A stretch of DNA of 64,000 nt. It comes from Candidatus Wolfebacteria bacterium GW2011_GWB1_47_1 (GTDB lineage: Bacteria; Patescibacteriota; Minisyncoccia; UBA6257; UBA9933). Position numbers and translations under genes: made by a program. Location: positions 551,774-615,773 of the forward strand of contig CP011209.1 of NCBI GenBank assembly GCA_001029635.1, in the 5' to 3' direction. The notes below the pieces were generated by a model. The model was not told the DNA's origin, ran no database searches, and saw only the letters and a program-made list of their open reading frames with translations. This document shows, in pieces, positions 10,377 through 20,420 of the stretch. The first letter of the stretch is position 1. Every line of letters begins with the position of its first letter.

Positions 10377-10937
10377 ATGAACCAAGTACGGCGAACAATC
10401 ATATTATGCGATCGGCCAATAGACTATGATCTGAAAAAAAACAAGCGCGTAAAGCGCATGCGTTTTTCGGTTGGACCTGGGGGTTCGCTTGTCGTCACAA
10501 TCCCATATCGATTTCCTGAGCAACTAGTTGAACGATTTATGCATGAACATGCGCAGTGGATCATCACTCAAATCGAGCGGTTCCGACAACAAGGCGGGCG
10601 ATTAAGTCGATATGGGCGTGATCACTATCTCGAACATAAGGAAGCGGCTCGGCAATTGGCGCATGAACGACTTGCACATTTTAACCAGTTTTATGACTTT
10701 GATTATGGAGATATCAGTATTCGCGATCAAAAGACGCGTTGGGGGAGTTGTTCGCGTGCGGGCAATCTCAACTTCAATTATAAATTAGCGGTCGTGCCCG
10801 AACATATTGCTGACTATGTTATTGTACACGAATTATGTCACTGTAAAGAATTCAATCACTCCCCGCGATTTTGGAAATTAGTCGAGCAGACCATCCCTAA
10901 TCATAAAGAAATACGAAAACAGCTCCGATCATTTTGA
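10377..10937 (+). CDS. YgjP-like (DUF45/SprT-like) zinc metallopeptidase; start may be 10350
   Basis: HExxH in VIVHELCHCKEFNHSPRFWKLV, plus the family-typical N-terminus ...IDYDLKKNKRVKRMRFSV. Confidence 0.6.
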   Translation: MNQVRRTIILCDRPIDYDLKKNKRVKRMRFSVGPGGSLVVTIPYRFPEQLVERFMHEHAQWIITQIERFRQQGGRLSRYGRDHYLEHKEAARQLAHERLAHFNQFYDFDYGDISIRDQKTRWGSCSRAGNLNFNYKLAVVPEHIADYVIVHELCHCKEFNHSPRFWKLVEQTIPNHKEIRKQLRSF

Positions 10938-12083
10938 CCGGGGTTGTTTTTTGTCACGCATGACGTTCTTCGTGTGCTGTGCAAGTAGACTAAGCGCACC
11001 CTTGATCATTGCCGTGATAAACTCGATATTCGAATAGCGTGACCGGTAGCCTACCAGCTCCATAAATCCATGACCGGACACTTTTTTCTTCCCAACAGTC
11101 CCGGTTATCTGCGTTGGACCCTCCCAATAGTGCATGCCGGCAAAGAGCATTTCTTGGTTCTTTACTTGTGGTGTAATGAGAAGCGATATGTGCTCGTCCG
11201 GCAGTTCAATCTTCCACTCTAAAGGATACCTTGTCTTTGTCGTGCGGCTTGTCCAGTGAGCTATAGGCGTTAGTATTATGCGCTGTGCTTTTGTTTGTAT
11301 CCCGTCTGGACGTGAAATATGTCCATAGTCCGTTTCACCCGCTTCTGACATATGTTTAAAGCAGACGATATCCGTCTTATCGCTGAGCTGGATCGAGAAC
11401 CAGGACCAGCCATCTTTGGAGAAATGGGGATTCATCCATTGGTGGTCCATCCATGCAGTTCCTTTGATGGGAACCCATTTTTTGCCCGATCGGATCGATC
11501 CTTCGAGCGTAAGGCGGGGAATTGAATAATAATAGGTCGTATCATTACGCAGCGTCATGTAGCCGTTTTCTCCTAGCGATATAGGCGGTTTTGTCGCGAC
11601 CATGCGAATATCGAGTTGCTCGGCCTGTATCTCGTATGAGAAGGGTTCCGGTTCTGTGATTGTGGATTCGCGATCGCTTGCCGTCGGGATCGGGTTACTG
11701 TAATGCACATGCAGGAGTTTACGTTCGAAGCTGTCGTGCGTGACCAGTGCGGCGTAGTTGATATGGGGATATGCCTTTTTGCGGCTTACATCGGTGATGA
11801 CCGAATGTGAAAAATAAAATGGCATATGCGGTCCGATACCGCTGAGCGGTAGCTTGAATTTTTTGATGTCGGTGCGAAATAGACAATGCATAAATGCATA
11901 TTCGTTACCTTCCTTGTCTTTGCCGTTGCCATTCCAATACCACCACTCAACGCCGTGGTCGTGCTTCAGCTCATCTTTCGGGAATCGGAGCGGTTTATGC
12001 TTGGTGGTCATAATGTCTTTAGTATACCTGATTTGAGAGGAGTTTGGATATCCACTTGAAAGTCCTTTTTTAGAGGTATACAA
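10929..12083 (-). CDS. AttH/CrtC-like lipocalin-fold protein (hydroxyneurosporene synthase family)
   Basis: 384 aa; N-terminal FPKDELKHDHGVEWWYWNG...FRTD block matches the AttH/CrtC signature; AAGGACGAGGA SD; 9-nt convergent overlap with the previous gene. Confidence 0.5.
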   Translation of the reverse strand: MYTSKKGLSSGYPNSSQIRYTKDIMTTKHKPLRFPKDELKHDHGVEWWYWNGNGKDKEGNEYAFMHCLFRTDIKKFKLPLSGIGPHMPFYFSHSVITDVSRKKAYPHINYAALVTHDSFERKLLHVHYSNPIPTASDRESTITEPEPFSYEIQAEQLDIRMVATKPPISLGENGYMTLRNDTTYYYSIPRLTLEGSIRSGKKWVPIKGTAWMDHQWMNPHFSKDGWSWFSIQLSDKTDIVCFKHMSEAGETDYGHISRPDGIQTKAQRIILTPIAHWTSRTTKTRYPLEWKIELPDEHISLLITPQVKNQEMLFAGMHYWEGPTQITGTVGKKKVSGHGFMELVGYRSRYSNIEFITAMIKGALSLLAQHTKNVMRDKKQPRSK

Positions 12084-12134
12084 TTTAATTTCCTCGTCCT
12101 TAAAAAAGATGAATTCACTTAATTAACTATTTTT

Positions 12135-13769
12135 ATGAGCAAACCCCTCTTTTTTTCGACACTCAAGCTGAACTGGAAGTCAGGATTGACTGTTGCGTTG
12201 GTCGCATTACCGTTATCGCTTTCGCTCGGCGTTGCCGCCGGTGCAACACCATTGATGGGTGTCATCACCGCCATCTGGGCTGGACTTGTCGCCGCATTAT
12301 TTGGTGGTAGTAATTACAATGTTGTCGGTCCGACAGGAGCCTTGTCAGGTCTGTTAGCCACCTATGCGCTTATTCATGGTGCGGCTAGCCTGCCGTTTTT
12401 GGCAATCCTGAGCGGTTTCATCATTTTGCTTTTTTATGTGTTGCGATGGGAACGCTATATCGTGTTCATTCCTGCGAGCGTTGTGCATGGCTTTACGCTA
12501 GGTGTAGCGTTCATCATCGGATTGAATCAGCTTAATTTTGCGTTGGGATTAAAGGGGCTCCCAACTCACGAACGTTTCTTTGATAATGTACTTGAGTCCT
12601 TTGCGCATATTGGACAGACGAGCGGGGTCGCCGTTGTTTTGTTTGCCATCGCGCTCGCTGTGATTATTGCGTTGCGCATGTACGTACCACGCATTCCTGG
12701 CGCCATCGCCATTGCCCCGTTTGGTATTTTGATCGGATGGCTCGCCGAGCGTGGCATTGTTTCGTGGAATGTTCAGACGATCGCGTCAAAGTTTGGATCG
12801 ATTCCCAACCATATTGCCAGTATGCCGCATTTCTCATTGGATATGATCGGGCGACAGGCCGTTATTGCTGCACTTACGATTGCCGTTGTCGCTATCCTAG
12901 AGACCTTGATCTCCGCCAAGATTGCCGATGGGATGACCAAGACCAAATCAGATCAGCGCAAGGAAATGTTTGGACTTGGATTGGCAAATGTCGCCTCCGG
13001 ATTGTTTGGCGGGATTCCTGCGACCGCCGCACTTGCGCGCACGTCTCTTAATATCAAGAGCGGGGCGACGCATAAGATGTCCGCTGCTATTGCGGCGATT
13101 GGCGTTGTTATTATTGCGCTGGTCTTACTGAGTGGATTCCAATATCTACCACTCGCGTTCGTTGCCGCCATTCTTGTTTCGGTTGCATTGTTTATGGTGG
13201 AACGCGAGCAGTTTGTGCATCTGTATCATTTTGACAAGCGCGTGTTTGGACTTTCGTTCGTTGTGGCTGCCATCACGATCATCGAAGATCCGATCATGGG
13301 AATTCTTTTTGGATCGGTTATTGCATTGCTTATGTTTGTAAATACGCTTTCGTGGGCGCAGGGCGAGATCACCGTCAATAAGGGCGGAAAGATCGTTGGG
13401 CGGTATCGTTCTGACGAGTTGGAAACGCTCGAAGAGCATGGTGATGTTCTGGTCTATCGATTTGCTGGTCAGTTGACCTATATCAATGCGCAGGGACATC
13501 TTGAAGCATTGGCACAGATCAGTGATGAGACAAAGCAGGTGGTCCTTAGCTTCCGTAACCTGTTTTATATTGATATCGATGGTGTCGACGCTGTCGCAGA
13601 GATGATCGAGTTGCTCGAACAAAACGGCAAGACCGTGTATCTTTCCGGGGTGAATCGATTGGTCGGTGCAATGGTGAAGCGATCGGGATGGTATGGACAT
13701 CTCAAGGAGTCTGGGCGGATCTTTGAGTCTGCGTCTCAGGCGCTCAAGCAGCTTTCGGTTGACGCATAA
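12135..13769 (+). CDS. SulP-family anion transporter with C-terminal STAS domain
   Basis: 544 aa; multi-TM core plus C-terminal STAS-like segment (VLVYRFAGQLTYINAQ...). Confidence 0.85.
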   Translation: MSKPLFFSTLKLNWKSGLTVALVALPLSLSLGVAAGATPLMGVITAIWAGLVAALFGGSNYNVVGPTGALSGLLATYALIHGAASLPFLAILSGFIILLFYVLRWERYIVFIPASVVHGFTLGVAFIIGLNQLNFALGLKGLPTHERFFDNVLESFAHIGQTSGVAVVLFAIALAVIIALRMYVPRIPGAIAIAPFGILIGWLAERGIVSWNVQTIASKFGSIPNHIASMPHFSLDMIGRQAVIAALTIAVVAILETLISAKIADGMTKTKSDQRKEMFGLGLANVASGLFGGIPATAALARTSLNIKSGATHKMSAAIAAIGVVIIALVLLSGFQYLPLAFVAAILVSVALFMVEREQFVHLYHFDKRVFGLSFVVAAITIIEDPIMGILFGSVIALLMFVNTLSWAQGEITVNKGGKIVGRYRSDELETLEEHGDVLVYRFAGQLTYINAQGHLEALAQISDETKQVVLSFRNLFYIDIDGVDAVAEMIELLEQNGKTVYLSGVNRLVGAMVKRSGWYGHLKESGRIFESASQALKQLSVDA

Positions 13770-13776
13770 TGGAGTG

Positions 13777-13805
13777 AAAAAGGAGCATTCATGCTCCCTT
13801 TTTCG
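13777..13805 (+). terminator. rho-independent terminator
   Basis: AAAAAGGAGCATTCATGCTCCCTTTTTCG. Confidence 0.7.
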
Positions 13806-13843
13806 TTGCGAACCGAGGGGCGAGGTGGTATACTGAATCCACT

Positions 13844-14854
13844 ATGTTGGACAAACTAAAGACCATTAAAACGTCTTTCCAGCAAGATATCGCAGCCGCT
13901 GCAGATCTTGAACAATGGGAAGCCATGCGCGTGAAATACCTCGGCCGCAAGAGTCAGCTGAGCGAGGTCATGAGCATGATGAAGACCTTGTCTGCGGAAC
14001 AAAAGCGTGATATCGGAAAGCAGGCAAACGAAGTTCGCCTCTATTTGGAGGCAGTGTTAGAGGATATGCGCAATGCACTTGAAGCAAAGGGCGCGCATGC
14101 GAATCAGATCGATGTAACTCGACCAGGCGTTAAGACCACGGCGGGGCATTTGCATCCGTTGACTCGTGTCGAAGACGAGATCAAGCGGATCTTTTTGTCC
14201 ATGAATTTCTCCGTCGTCGAGGGTCCCGAGGTGGAGACCGAGCACTATAACTTTGACGCACTGAACATTCCTGCGAATCATCCGGCGCGCGAAATGTGGG
14301 ATACGTTTTGGGTAAAGCCTGGAAGCAAGACTGCCGGTGCGCCGCGTAATCTTTTGCGCACCCACACGAGCCCGATGCAGATCCGCTATATGGAAAAGCA
14401 CACTCCGCCGTTCCAGATCATTGTGCCGGGGCGTGTGTTTCGCTATGAAGCTACCGATGCTTCGCATGAGATAAACTTTTATCAGATGGAAGGTCTTATG
14501 GTCGGCCCCGATGTTTCGTTGGCAAATTTTAAATATATTATCGAGGAGTTCTTTAAGGAATTCTTTAATGATCCCGATATGCAGTTTCGATTTCGGCCGA
14601 GTTATTTCCCCTTCGTTGAGCCGGGGGTCGAGGTTGATATCAAGCGCAAAGGTGATTCAAAGTGGCTCGAGGTTATGGGGGCTGGTATGGTGCATCGCAA
14701 CGTGCTCAAGGCTGTAGGGTATGATCCAAACATTGTACAAGGATTTGCCTTTGGTATGGGTACGGATCGGCTTGCAATGCTTAAATATAAAATACCGGAT
14801 ATTAGATTCTTCTATAATGGGGATTTGCGGTTTATTAAACAATTCAAGAAATGA
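13844..14854 (+). CDS. pheS: phenylalanine--tRNA ligase alpha subunit
   Basis: 336 aa; class II motifs (FRYEATDASHEINFYQMEG, GAGMVHRNVL). Confidence 0.95.
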   Translation: MLDKLKTIKTSFQQDIAAAADLEQWEAMRVKYLGRKSQLSEVMSMMKTLSAEQKRDIGKQANEVRLYLEAVLEDMRNALEAKGAHANQIDVTRPGVKTTAGHLHPLTRVEDEIKRIFLSMNFSVVEGPEVETEHYNFDALNIPANHPAREMWDTFWVKPGSKTAGAPRNLLRTHTSPMQIRYMEKHTPPFQIIVPGRVFRYEATDASHEINFYQMEGLMVGPDVSLANFKYIIEEFFKEFFNDPDMQFRFRPSYFPFVEPGVEVDIKRKGDSKWLEVMGAGMVHRNVLKAVGYDPNIVQGFAFGMGTDRLAMLKYKIPDIRFFYNGDLRFIKQFKK

Positions 14855-14966
14855 CGATGCATATGCTTGACGGATCGCTAGCAACGACCCTAGTCACAAC
14901 ACCAAGTCTCGCCTTACATTTCATTTAATCGAGCGCGTCGGCATTAAATGTCATTATTTATCTCGT

Positions 14967-17000
14967 ATGAAATTCTCTTATACACTATTAAAACGATTAG
15001 TTCCTGAAATAAAAAATTCCAAGGCGCTTGAGCAGCAGCTTTCGTTGTATGCATTCGAAGTCGACAGTATCGAAGAAAAGACCTTCGACATCAAGCTGCC
15101 GGCGAACCGGTATGGGGATGCCGCATCACATTGGGGTATGGCTCAAGAAATCGCCGCGACTATGGGGGTGAAGTTTAGCGAGCAACGCACCATTGCAACG
15201 CTCCTTGCTAAATCCGTCGCAACGGGTGTTAAGATTCCGCTTTCTGTTTCTGTGCAGGATTCGGATCTTTGTCCGCGCTATGTCAGTGCGTATTGCGAGG
15301 ATGTGCGGATTACCGAATCGCCGAAGTGGATCAAAGACGTGTTGATCGAATGTGGTATGCGACCGATCAATGTCGTCGTCGATATTATGAACTATGTCAT
15401 GCTTGAAACGGGGCAGCCGTTGCACGCATTCGATTACGACAAGCTCGAAGGGCAGAAAATCGTCGTGCGTCGCGCCGAGAAGGGGGAGACCATTACGACA
15501 CTGGATGATCAGCATGTTTCGTTGACCCCCGATATACTGGTGATCGCCGACGCGAAGCGCCCCCTGGCTATCGCTGGTATTAAAGGTGGCAAACTTGCAG
15601 AAGTAGACAAACATACTAAGCGCATTGTAATTGAAGCGGCGAATTTTGACGCGGTCAGTATTTATAAAACTTCTCGCGCCACGGGAATCTTAACCGATGC
15701 ATCGTCGCGTTTTTCGCGCACCTTGAGTCCGGAGCTTGCAACGCTTGGTGTTATCCGTGCAAAAATGTTGTTGCAGGAGATTATGGGTATGACCCAGAAG
15801 GGGGCTATAGATATCTATCCCAAGAAGCAGTCGAAGACTATGCTCAAATTTGATCTTGTTGCCTGTAATCGATTTCTTGGTACGCGATTTGATGCAAAGA
15901 CCGTACGTACTTATTTTGAACTGCTTGGATTTGTTATTTCGACAATTGATAAAAAAACCCCGGTCGCCTCGGGAACTTTCTTTGTTACCGTTCCACCGCT
16001 GCGTACCGATATCGAGCATCCGCATGACCTCTACGAGGAAGTGGTTCGATTGCATGGTCTTGGAAACTTGCAGTCTGCTGCGCCACATATCCGATTGGTT
16101 CCTTCCGGATCTGAAGACGACATCACCCTGAAGGACACCGTTCGAAAGGTTCTTGTGTCTCTCGGTTTGGATGAGGTATATAATCATGCTTTTGTGAGCG
16201 AGCAGTTTGGTGGGCATGATTCGGATATTCGTGCGGAATTAATTGCATTGGAAAATCCGATTAGCAGAGAGTATACCTTTATGCGTCCTACGCTTGCCGC
16301 CGGGTTGTACAGTAATGTGGCTTCCAATAGTCGCTATTTCGACGCAGTGGGTATGTTCGAGATCGGGCGCGTATTTGCCCGGCACAAGAAGAATGTGCAA
16401 GAAAATAACATGCTTGGTATTGTGTTAGCCGCAAAAAATAAGGAGCAGTTCTTTGTGCTGAAGGGGTTGTTGCGCGAGGTGTTTAATCGTATTGGATTGC
16501 CCGATGTTGTCATGCGCGAGGATAGAGAACAGGAGCCTCGTTTTGCCGGCGCTTATAGTAACGATCGTGAAATGTTGTGCATTGAGTCTTCCGGTGAACA
16601 TATCGGGTATATGGCAAAGATGAAAGGACTTCCTGCAAAATGGCAGGGAGCTATCGTTGAACTGGATATGACAATATTGACGAAGCTGGTTGTTGCTGAG
16701 CATGAGTATCTGCCGTTACCCAAATATCCTTCCATTGTTCGTGATATTTCCGTTCTCGTTAGTGTTGATAAGAAAGTGGGGGATATTATGCAGACGATCT
16801 CGCAGGCAGATGTCCATATCATCGAAGATGTTGATCTGATTGATGAGTATGAAAACCCTGCATTGGATCGCAAACGTAGTTTGACGTTCCGCATTGTATT
16901 CCAGGCAGGCGATCGCACATTAACGGACACTGAAGTGAGTAAGGAAATGGAGGCTATAACGGCAATAGTAAAAAAATCATTTAGCGCAGAAATTCGATAA
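14967..17000 (+). CDS. pheT: phenylalanine--tRNA ligase beta subunit (compact form, 677 aa)
   Basis: B3/B4, B5 and FDX-ACB-like blocks; follows pheS; shorter than the canonical ~800 aa. Confidence 0.9.
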   Translation: MKFSYTLLKRLVPEIKNSKALEQQLSLYAFEVDSIEEKTFDIKLPANRYGDAASHWGMAQEIAATMGVKFSEQRTIATLLAKSVATGVKIPLSVSVQDSDLCPRYVSAYCEDVRITESPKWIKDVLIECGMRPINVVVDIMNYVMLETGQPLHAFDYDKLEGQKIVVRRAEKGETITTLDDQHVSLTPDILVIADAKRPLAIAGIKGGKLAEVDKHTKRIVIEAANFDAVSIYKTSRATGILTDASSRFSRTLSPELATLGVIRAKMLLQEIMGMTQKGAIDIYPKKQSKTMLKFDLVACNRFLGTRFDAKTVRTYFELLGFVISTIDKKTPVASGTFFVTVPPLRTDIEHPHDLYEEVVRLHGLGNLQSAAPHIRLVPSGSEDDITLKDTVRKVLVSLGLDEVYNHAFVSEQFGGHDSDIRAELIALENPISREYTFMRPTLAAGLYSNVASNSRYFDAVGMFEIGRVFARHKKNVQENNMLGIVLAAKNKEQFFVLKGLLREVFNRIGLPDVVMREDREQEPRFAGAYSNDREMLCIESSGEHIGYMAKMKGLPAKWQGAIVELDMTILTKLVVAEHEYLPLPKYPSIVRDISVLVSVDKKVGDIMQTISQADVHIIEDVDLIDEYENPALDRKRSLTFRIVFQAGDRTLTDTEVSKEMEAITAIVKKSFSAEIR

Positions 17001-17006
17001 GCATCT

Positions 17007-17423
17007 ATGGAACACATACCAAGCGGTTATAATTGGGATGCGCGCAGCCCTGAGCAGATAAAAAAGGAATTAGCAACCGAGGAACATATTCTTGTGTTTG
17101 ATCGGGAAGGGGCAACTTTCGAGGATCATTCATACATATTTGAGCCGATCATAGGCTATAAAGAGGATCTTGATCTTATCGAGGCTATGATTATGCGACG
17201 CGCGAGCCGACTTGCTGAGCTGCAACAAAAAGAGGTTTCTCATGATGGATCCTTTGGGGAAGTTATGGCTGGACTTGATCAGCAAATCCTATTCGTACAG
17301 CAGCAACTGGAATTTTGGAAGCATGCAAAGACACAGACGTCCTGGCTCTTTACCGAAGCCGTGCGTCGAAATGCAACGGAAAACGCCATACTTGGAGAAC
17401 TGACCGACGACATTGAACATTAA
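17007..17423 (+). CDS. hypothetical protein (138 aa)
   Basis: ORF only; co-directional between pheT and the Nudix gene. Confidence 0.4.
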   Translation: MEHIPSGYNWDARSPEQIKKELATEEHILVFDREGATFEDHSYIFEPIIGYKEDLDLIEAMIMRRASRLAELQQKEVSHDGSFGEVMAGLDQQILFVQQQLEFWKHAKTQTSWLFTEAVRRNATENAILGELTDDIEH

Positions 17424-17428
17424 TCGCT

Positions 17429-17839
17429 ATGCATTATAGTAAAACCGCCGGAGGGGTTGTCGTTAATCAACGAGATGAGGTGCTCGTGGTCAATCAAGGA
17501 GGTGTGCATTGGTCCCTGCCTAAAGGGCATATCGAGCCCGGCGAGGATGCTATTGTTGCTGCCCGCCGGGAGATCGGCGAGGAGTCGGGGATTGATGACT
17601 TGATTTTTATTAAAGAACTTGGCGCCTATGCGCGTTTTCGGATGAATTGGGACGGTAGTGACAATCTTGCGGAGCATAAGGAGATCGTAGTATTTTTGTT
17701 TCGTACGACACAAGTCGATCTTAATCCGCGAGACCCGGACAATCCGTCTGCAAAGTGGGTTGCCGTGCAGGAAGTTGCGAATATTTTGACACACCCTAGC
17801 GATAAAGAATTTTTTCTATCCATTATTGATCAACTATAA
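17429..17839 (+). CDS. NUDIX hydrolase
   Basis: Nudix box GHIEPGEDAIVAARREIGEESGI. Confidence 0.9.
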   Translation: MHYSKTAGGVVVNQRDEVLVVNQGGVHWSLPKGHIEPGEDAIVAARREIGEESGIDDLIFIKELGAYARFRMNWDGSDNLAEHKEIVVFLFRTTQVDLNPRDPDNPSAKWVAVQEVANILTHPSDKEFFLSIIDQL

Positions 17840-17868
17840 AAAAGAAGCCCCCGGGAGGGGGCTTTTGC
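17839..17868. terminator. bidirectional terminator between convergent genes
   Basis: AAGCCCCCGGGAGGGGGCTT hairpin with U-runs on both strands. Confidence 0.7.
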
Positions 17869-17884
17869 CGTGATGAAGCGGCAT

Positions 17885-18238
17885 CTAGTTGTTCCAGATG
17901 GTGTTGGCTATCTGTTGTACGATGAAGGGGTGTTCCTCGAGAAGAAATTGGTTTTCCAGGGGCTGATAGCCATCCCGAAAGAAACGCATCCTGCCGGTCT
18001 CCTTGTCGATCTCCAGGCGGGCGAGATACACGTCCTTTGCGCTGCTATGCGGGGGCGCCGGGGCATCCACGTCGATCCTCAGGATGGCGGGGTTTTTGGG
18101 GTCGTTAACCTGGTAAGAGACCCCGATCTTTCCGCACACATCGTGCGCGCGGGTGATCAAATCGTGACGGGCTGCTATGACCCGCTGCAATGTTGCCACT
18201 ATTCCTTCCGCTACATCTTCAGGAAACAGCTTCATCAT
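17885..18238 (-). CDS. hypothetical protein (117 aa)
   Basis: GGAGGTG SD; upstream promoter TTGACA-17-TATAAA at 18281..18309. Confidence 0.5.
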   Translation of the reverse strand: MMKLFPEDVAEGIVATLQRVIAARHDLITRAHDVCGKIGVSYQVNDPKNPAILRIDVDAPAPPHSSAKDVYLARLEIDKETGRMRFFRDGYQPLENQFLLEEHPFIVQQIANTIWNN

Positions 18239-18280
18239 GATGCACCTCCAGAGCGTGAGAGTGGGTTGTGTTCTATTTCT

Positions 18281-18309
18281 TTTATACTATGAATTATATC
18301 GGTTGTCAA
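18281..18309 (-). promoter_or_regulatory. sigma70-type promoter (TTGACA-N17-TATAAA)
   Basis: minus-strand TTGACAACCGATATAATTCATAGTATAAA. Confidence 0.6.
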
Positions 18310-18351
18310 AAAAACGGGACTTGCAGCCTTTTTGATTGTTGAGGGTATTAT

Positions 18352-18386
18352 AAAGACCATACGCATCATGCGTATGGTCTTTATGT
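18352..18386 (-). terminator. long palindromic hairpin terminator downstream of tRNA-Leu (bidirectional)
   Basis: AAAGACCATACGCATCATGCGTATGGTCTTT, 14-bp stem. Confidence 0.65.
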
Positions 18387-18389
18387 TTG

Positions 18390-18473
18390 TGCCCAGAGCC
18401 GGACTCGAACCGGCACGACTGTTGAGGTCAGGGGATTTTAAGTCCCCCGTGTCTACCATTCCACCATCCGGGC
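18390..18473 (-). tRNA. tRNA-Leu (anticodon TAA), type II with long variable arm; CCA not encoded
   Basis: GCCCGGATGGTGGAATGGTAGACACGGGGGACTTAAAATCCCC...GGTTCGAGTCCGGCTCTGGGCA; near-identical to E. coli tRNA-Leu(UAA) in acceptor, D and anticodon arms. Confidence 0.9.
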
Positions 18474-18496
18474 AGGATGAATCGGATATTTATTTG

Positions 18497-18568
18497 AGGC
18501 TCGGGCGGGAATCGAACCCGCGTATAAGAGTTTTGCAGACTCATGCCTTACCACTTGGCCACCGAGCC
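18497..18568 (-). tRNA. tRNA-Cys (anticodon GCA); CCA not encoded
   Basis: GGCTCGGTGGCCAAGTGGTAAGGCATGAGTCTGCAAAACTCT...GCGGGTTCGATTCCCGCCCGAGCCT; cloverleaf with anticodon loop CTGCAAA. Confidence 0.85.
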
Positions 18569-18613
18569 GTGACGCTCACTAGTATATCGCATAATGAGCG
18601 TTTACAGAAGGGA

Positions 18614-18970
18614 TCACTCGTCATCCGGTAAGCCTCCTTTTTCGATTTCCTCCATGAGGATCTTTTCTACCTTTTGTGCCTTATCCAATCCTGGATCATA
18701 TTCGAACCGGATGTAAGGAATGCTGCGCATGGAAAGCTTTCTGATCAAGATGTGTTGCAAGTGCCCCGCGTTCTTCTTGAATATATCCGAGACTTCCTTT
18801 GCCTTGGTCGACGGAAGCACACTGAACTTAACGTCTGCGAAATCGGAATCTTCGGATAGCTCAACGCCGGTGATGGTTACCAATGCCCCGTCGAATTCCA
18901 GTTCGCGCACAATAATATTGGACAGTTCTTCCTCTATTAAATTACTGAGCCGTTCTTTTCTGTACTTCAT
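18614..18970 (-). CDS. rbfA: ribosome-binding factor A
   Basis: MKYRKERLSNLIEEELSNIIVRELEFDGALVTITGVELSEDSDFADVKF... matches the RbfA KH-like fold pattern; immediately downstream of infB (29-nt overlap if this start is used). Confidence 0.8.
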   Translation of the reverse strand: MKYRKERLSNLIEEELSNIIVRELEFDGALVTITGVELSEDSDFADVKFSVLPSTKAKEVSDIFKKNAGHLQHILIRKLSMRSIPYIRFEYDPGLDKAQKVEKILMEEIEKGGLPDDE

Positions 18971-20420
18971 GTGATAATAGATCGCCAATCTGAATGTCGA
19001 CCGTTGATTCGAATACCATACCGAATTCCATCGGGAATTCAACCTGGGTTACATCGCGCTTGGATGTTTGGAGATTTGTCAGCTTGCCTGTTCCTAGGAC
19101 TTCACCTGCTCGCGTTACCGTTAACAGCGTATTGTTTTTTATGACACCATTGGCTATCTTTCCGCCGATGACCTGTTTCTTACCCTTCTGACTGTAGGTT
19201 GCCATGATCTCGGCGATACCGAGCGGCGCCGGTTCTTCAATCGCTTTGATCTCTTCTTCTATCGATTCCACGAGTTTATAGATAATGTTTCCCGTAATAA
19301 TGCGCACTTTTTTGATCTGTGCCATTTGTTCCGCTGATTTGGAAACCTTTGCGTTGAACCCGACGATAATCGCAGCTCCTGATTCGGCCGCTTTAATATC
19401 GGTGTCTGATATTTCTCCAACCGATTCTCCCATGACGCGGATATTCACCGTCGTTTGATTGAGACTCTTTACGATCGCGGCAAATGCTTCGAGTGATCCG
19501 CTTACGTCTGCCTTTAGAATGAGACGCAATTCAGGGTTACCTGTCTCCTTGATGAGCGACTTCTGCATCGTTGAAGGAATGATGAGCGCTCCCGCATTCT
19601 TGTCGCGCTGGACCAGTTCTATATCGCCGCTGACGAATTTTTCACCCACCTTCGGTAATGCTTCAAATCCCATGATGACGACCGGTGCCGATGGTTCCAG
19701 TTTATCCGCACGCTTGCCAAGGAAATCCTCAAGCATCTTTATCTTTCCGCATGCACTGTCGGTTTCAATGTTCTTGCCGAGTTTGAGCGTACCATTTTTC
19801 ACAATACCGGTCGCCATGATACCGCGTTGCTTATCGAGCTTCGCTTCCAGGATAATTCCTTCTGCGTTTGCATTTGGGTCATAGGTAAAGTTTTCAAGTT
19901 CTGCAGCAAGGAGCAATAGGTCAAGAAGCTCATCTACCCCCATGCCTTGCTTCGCAGAGATTTTCTGCCAGCTGATGTTCCCACCTGCCCCTTCCAAATA
20001 TACGCCATGCTGCATGAGACTTGCTTTGGTTTTTTCAATATCTGCGTTTGCCTTGTCGATCTTGTTGATTGCCACGACAAACGGGGTATTGCTGCTCATA
20101 AGCGTTTCAATTGATTCCTTCGTCTGTGGCTGTACACCATCGTCGGCGGCAACAATAAGAATCGCAAGATCTGCGACGTTTGCACCGCGAGTACGCATAT
20201 GGGAGAACGCTTCGTGCCCCGGCGTATCGATGAAGGTCATTTTTTTGCCGGCATGAACAATCTCGTATGCGCCAATGGCTTGGGTGATGCCCCCGGCCTC
20301 ACGGGCGGCAATCTGTGTTTTTTTGATGGTGTCGAGTAGGGTTGTTTTGCCGTGGTCTACGTGACCCATAACGACGACGATCGGAGGACGGGGAAGAACT
20401 TTGTTTTTGGAATTTGGCAT
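18942..20420 (-). CDS. infB: translation initiation factor IF-2 (compact 492 aa form: G domain to C2, no N-terminal extension)
   Basis: GHVDHGKTTLLD, DTPGHEAF, NKID G-motifs; in-frame stop immediately upstream excludes a longer N-terminus. Confidence 0.95.
   Translation of the reverse strand: MPNSKNKVLPRPPIVVVMGHVDHGKTTLLDTIKKTQIAAREAGGITQAIGAYEIVHAGKKMTFIDTPGHEAFSHMRTRGANVADLAILIVAADDGVQPQTKESIETLMSSNTPFVVAINKIDKANADIEKTKASLMQHGVYLEGAGGNISWQKISAKQGMGVDELLDLLLLAAELENFTYDPNANAEGIILEAKLDKQRGIMATGIVKNGTLKLGKNIETDSACGKIKMLEDFLGKRADKLEPSAPVVIMGFEALPKVGEKFVSGDIELVQRDKNAGALIIPSTMQKSLIKETGNPELRLILKADVSGSLEAFAAIVKSLNQTTVNIRVMGESVGEISDTDIKAAESGAAIIVGFNAKVSKSAEQMAQIKKVRIITGNIIYKLVESIEEEIKAIEEPAPLGIAEIMATYSQKGKKQVIGGKIANGVIKNNTLLTVTRAGEVLGTGKLTNLQTSKRDVTQVEFPMEFGMVFESTVDIQIGDLLSHEVQKRTAQ

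Noticed and set aside
13146-13700. 184-aa minus-strand ORF inside the SulP transporter gene
   Set aside because: Antisense to a clearly homologous gene; no independent signals.
15126-16217. Minus-strand ORFs (162 aa, 175 aa) within pheT
   Set aside because: Antisense shadow ORFs of a conserved aaRS gene.
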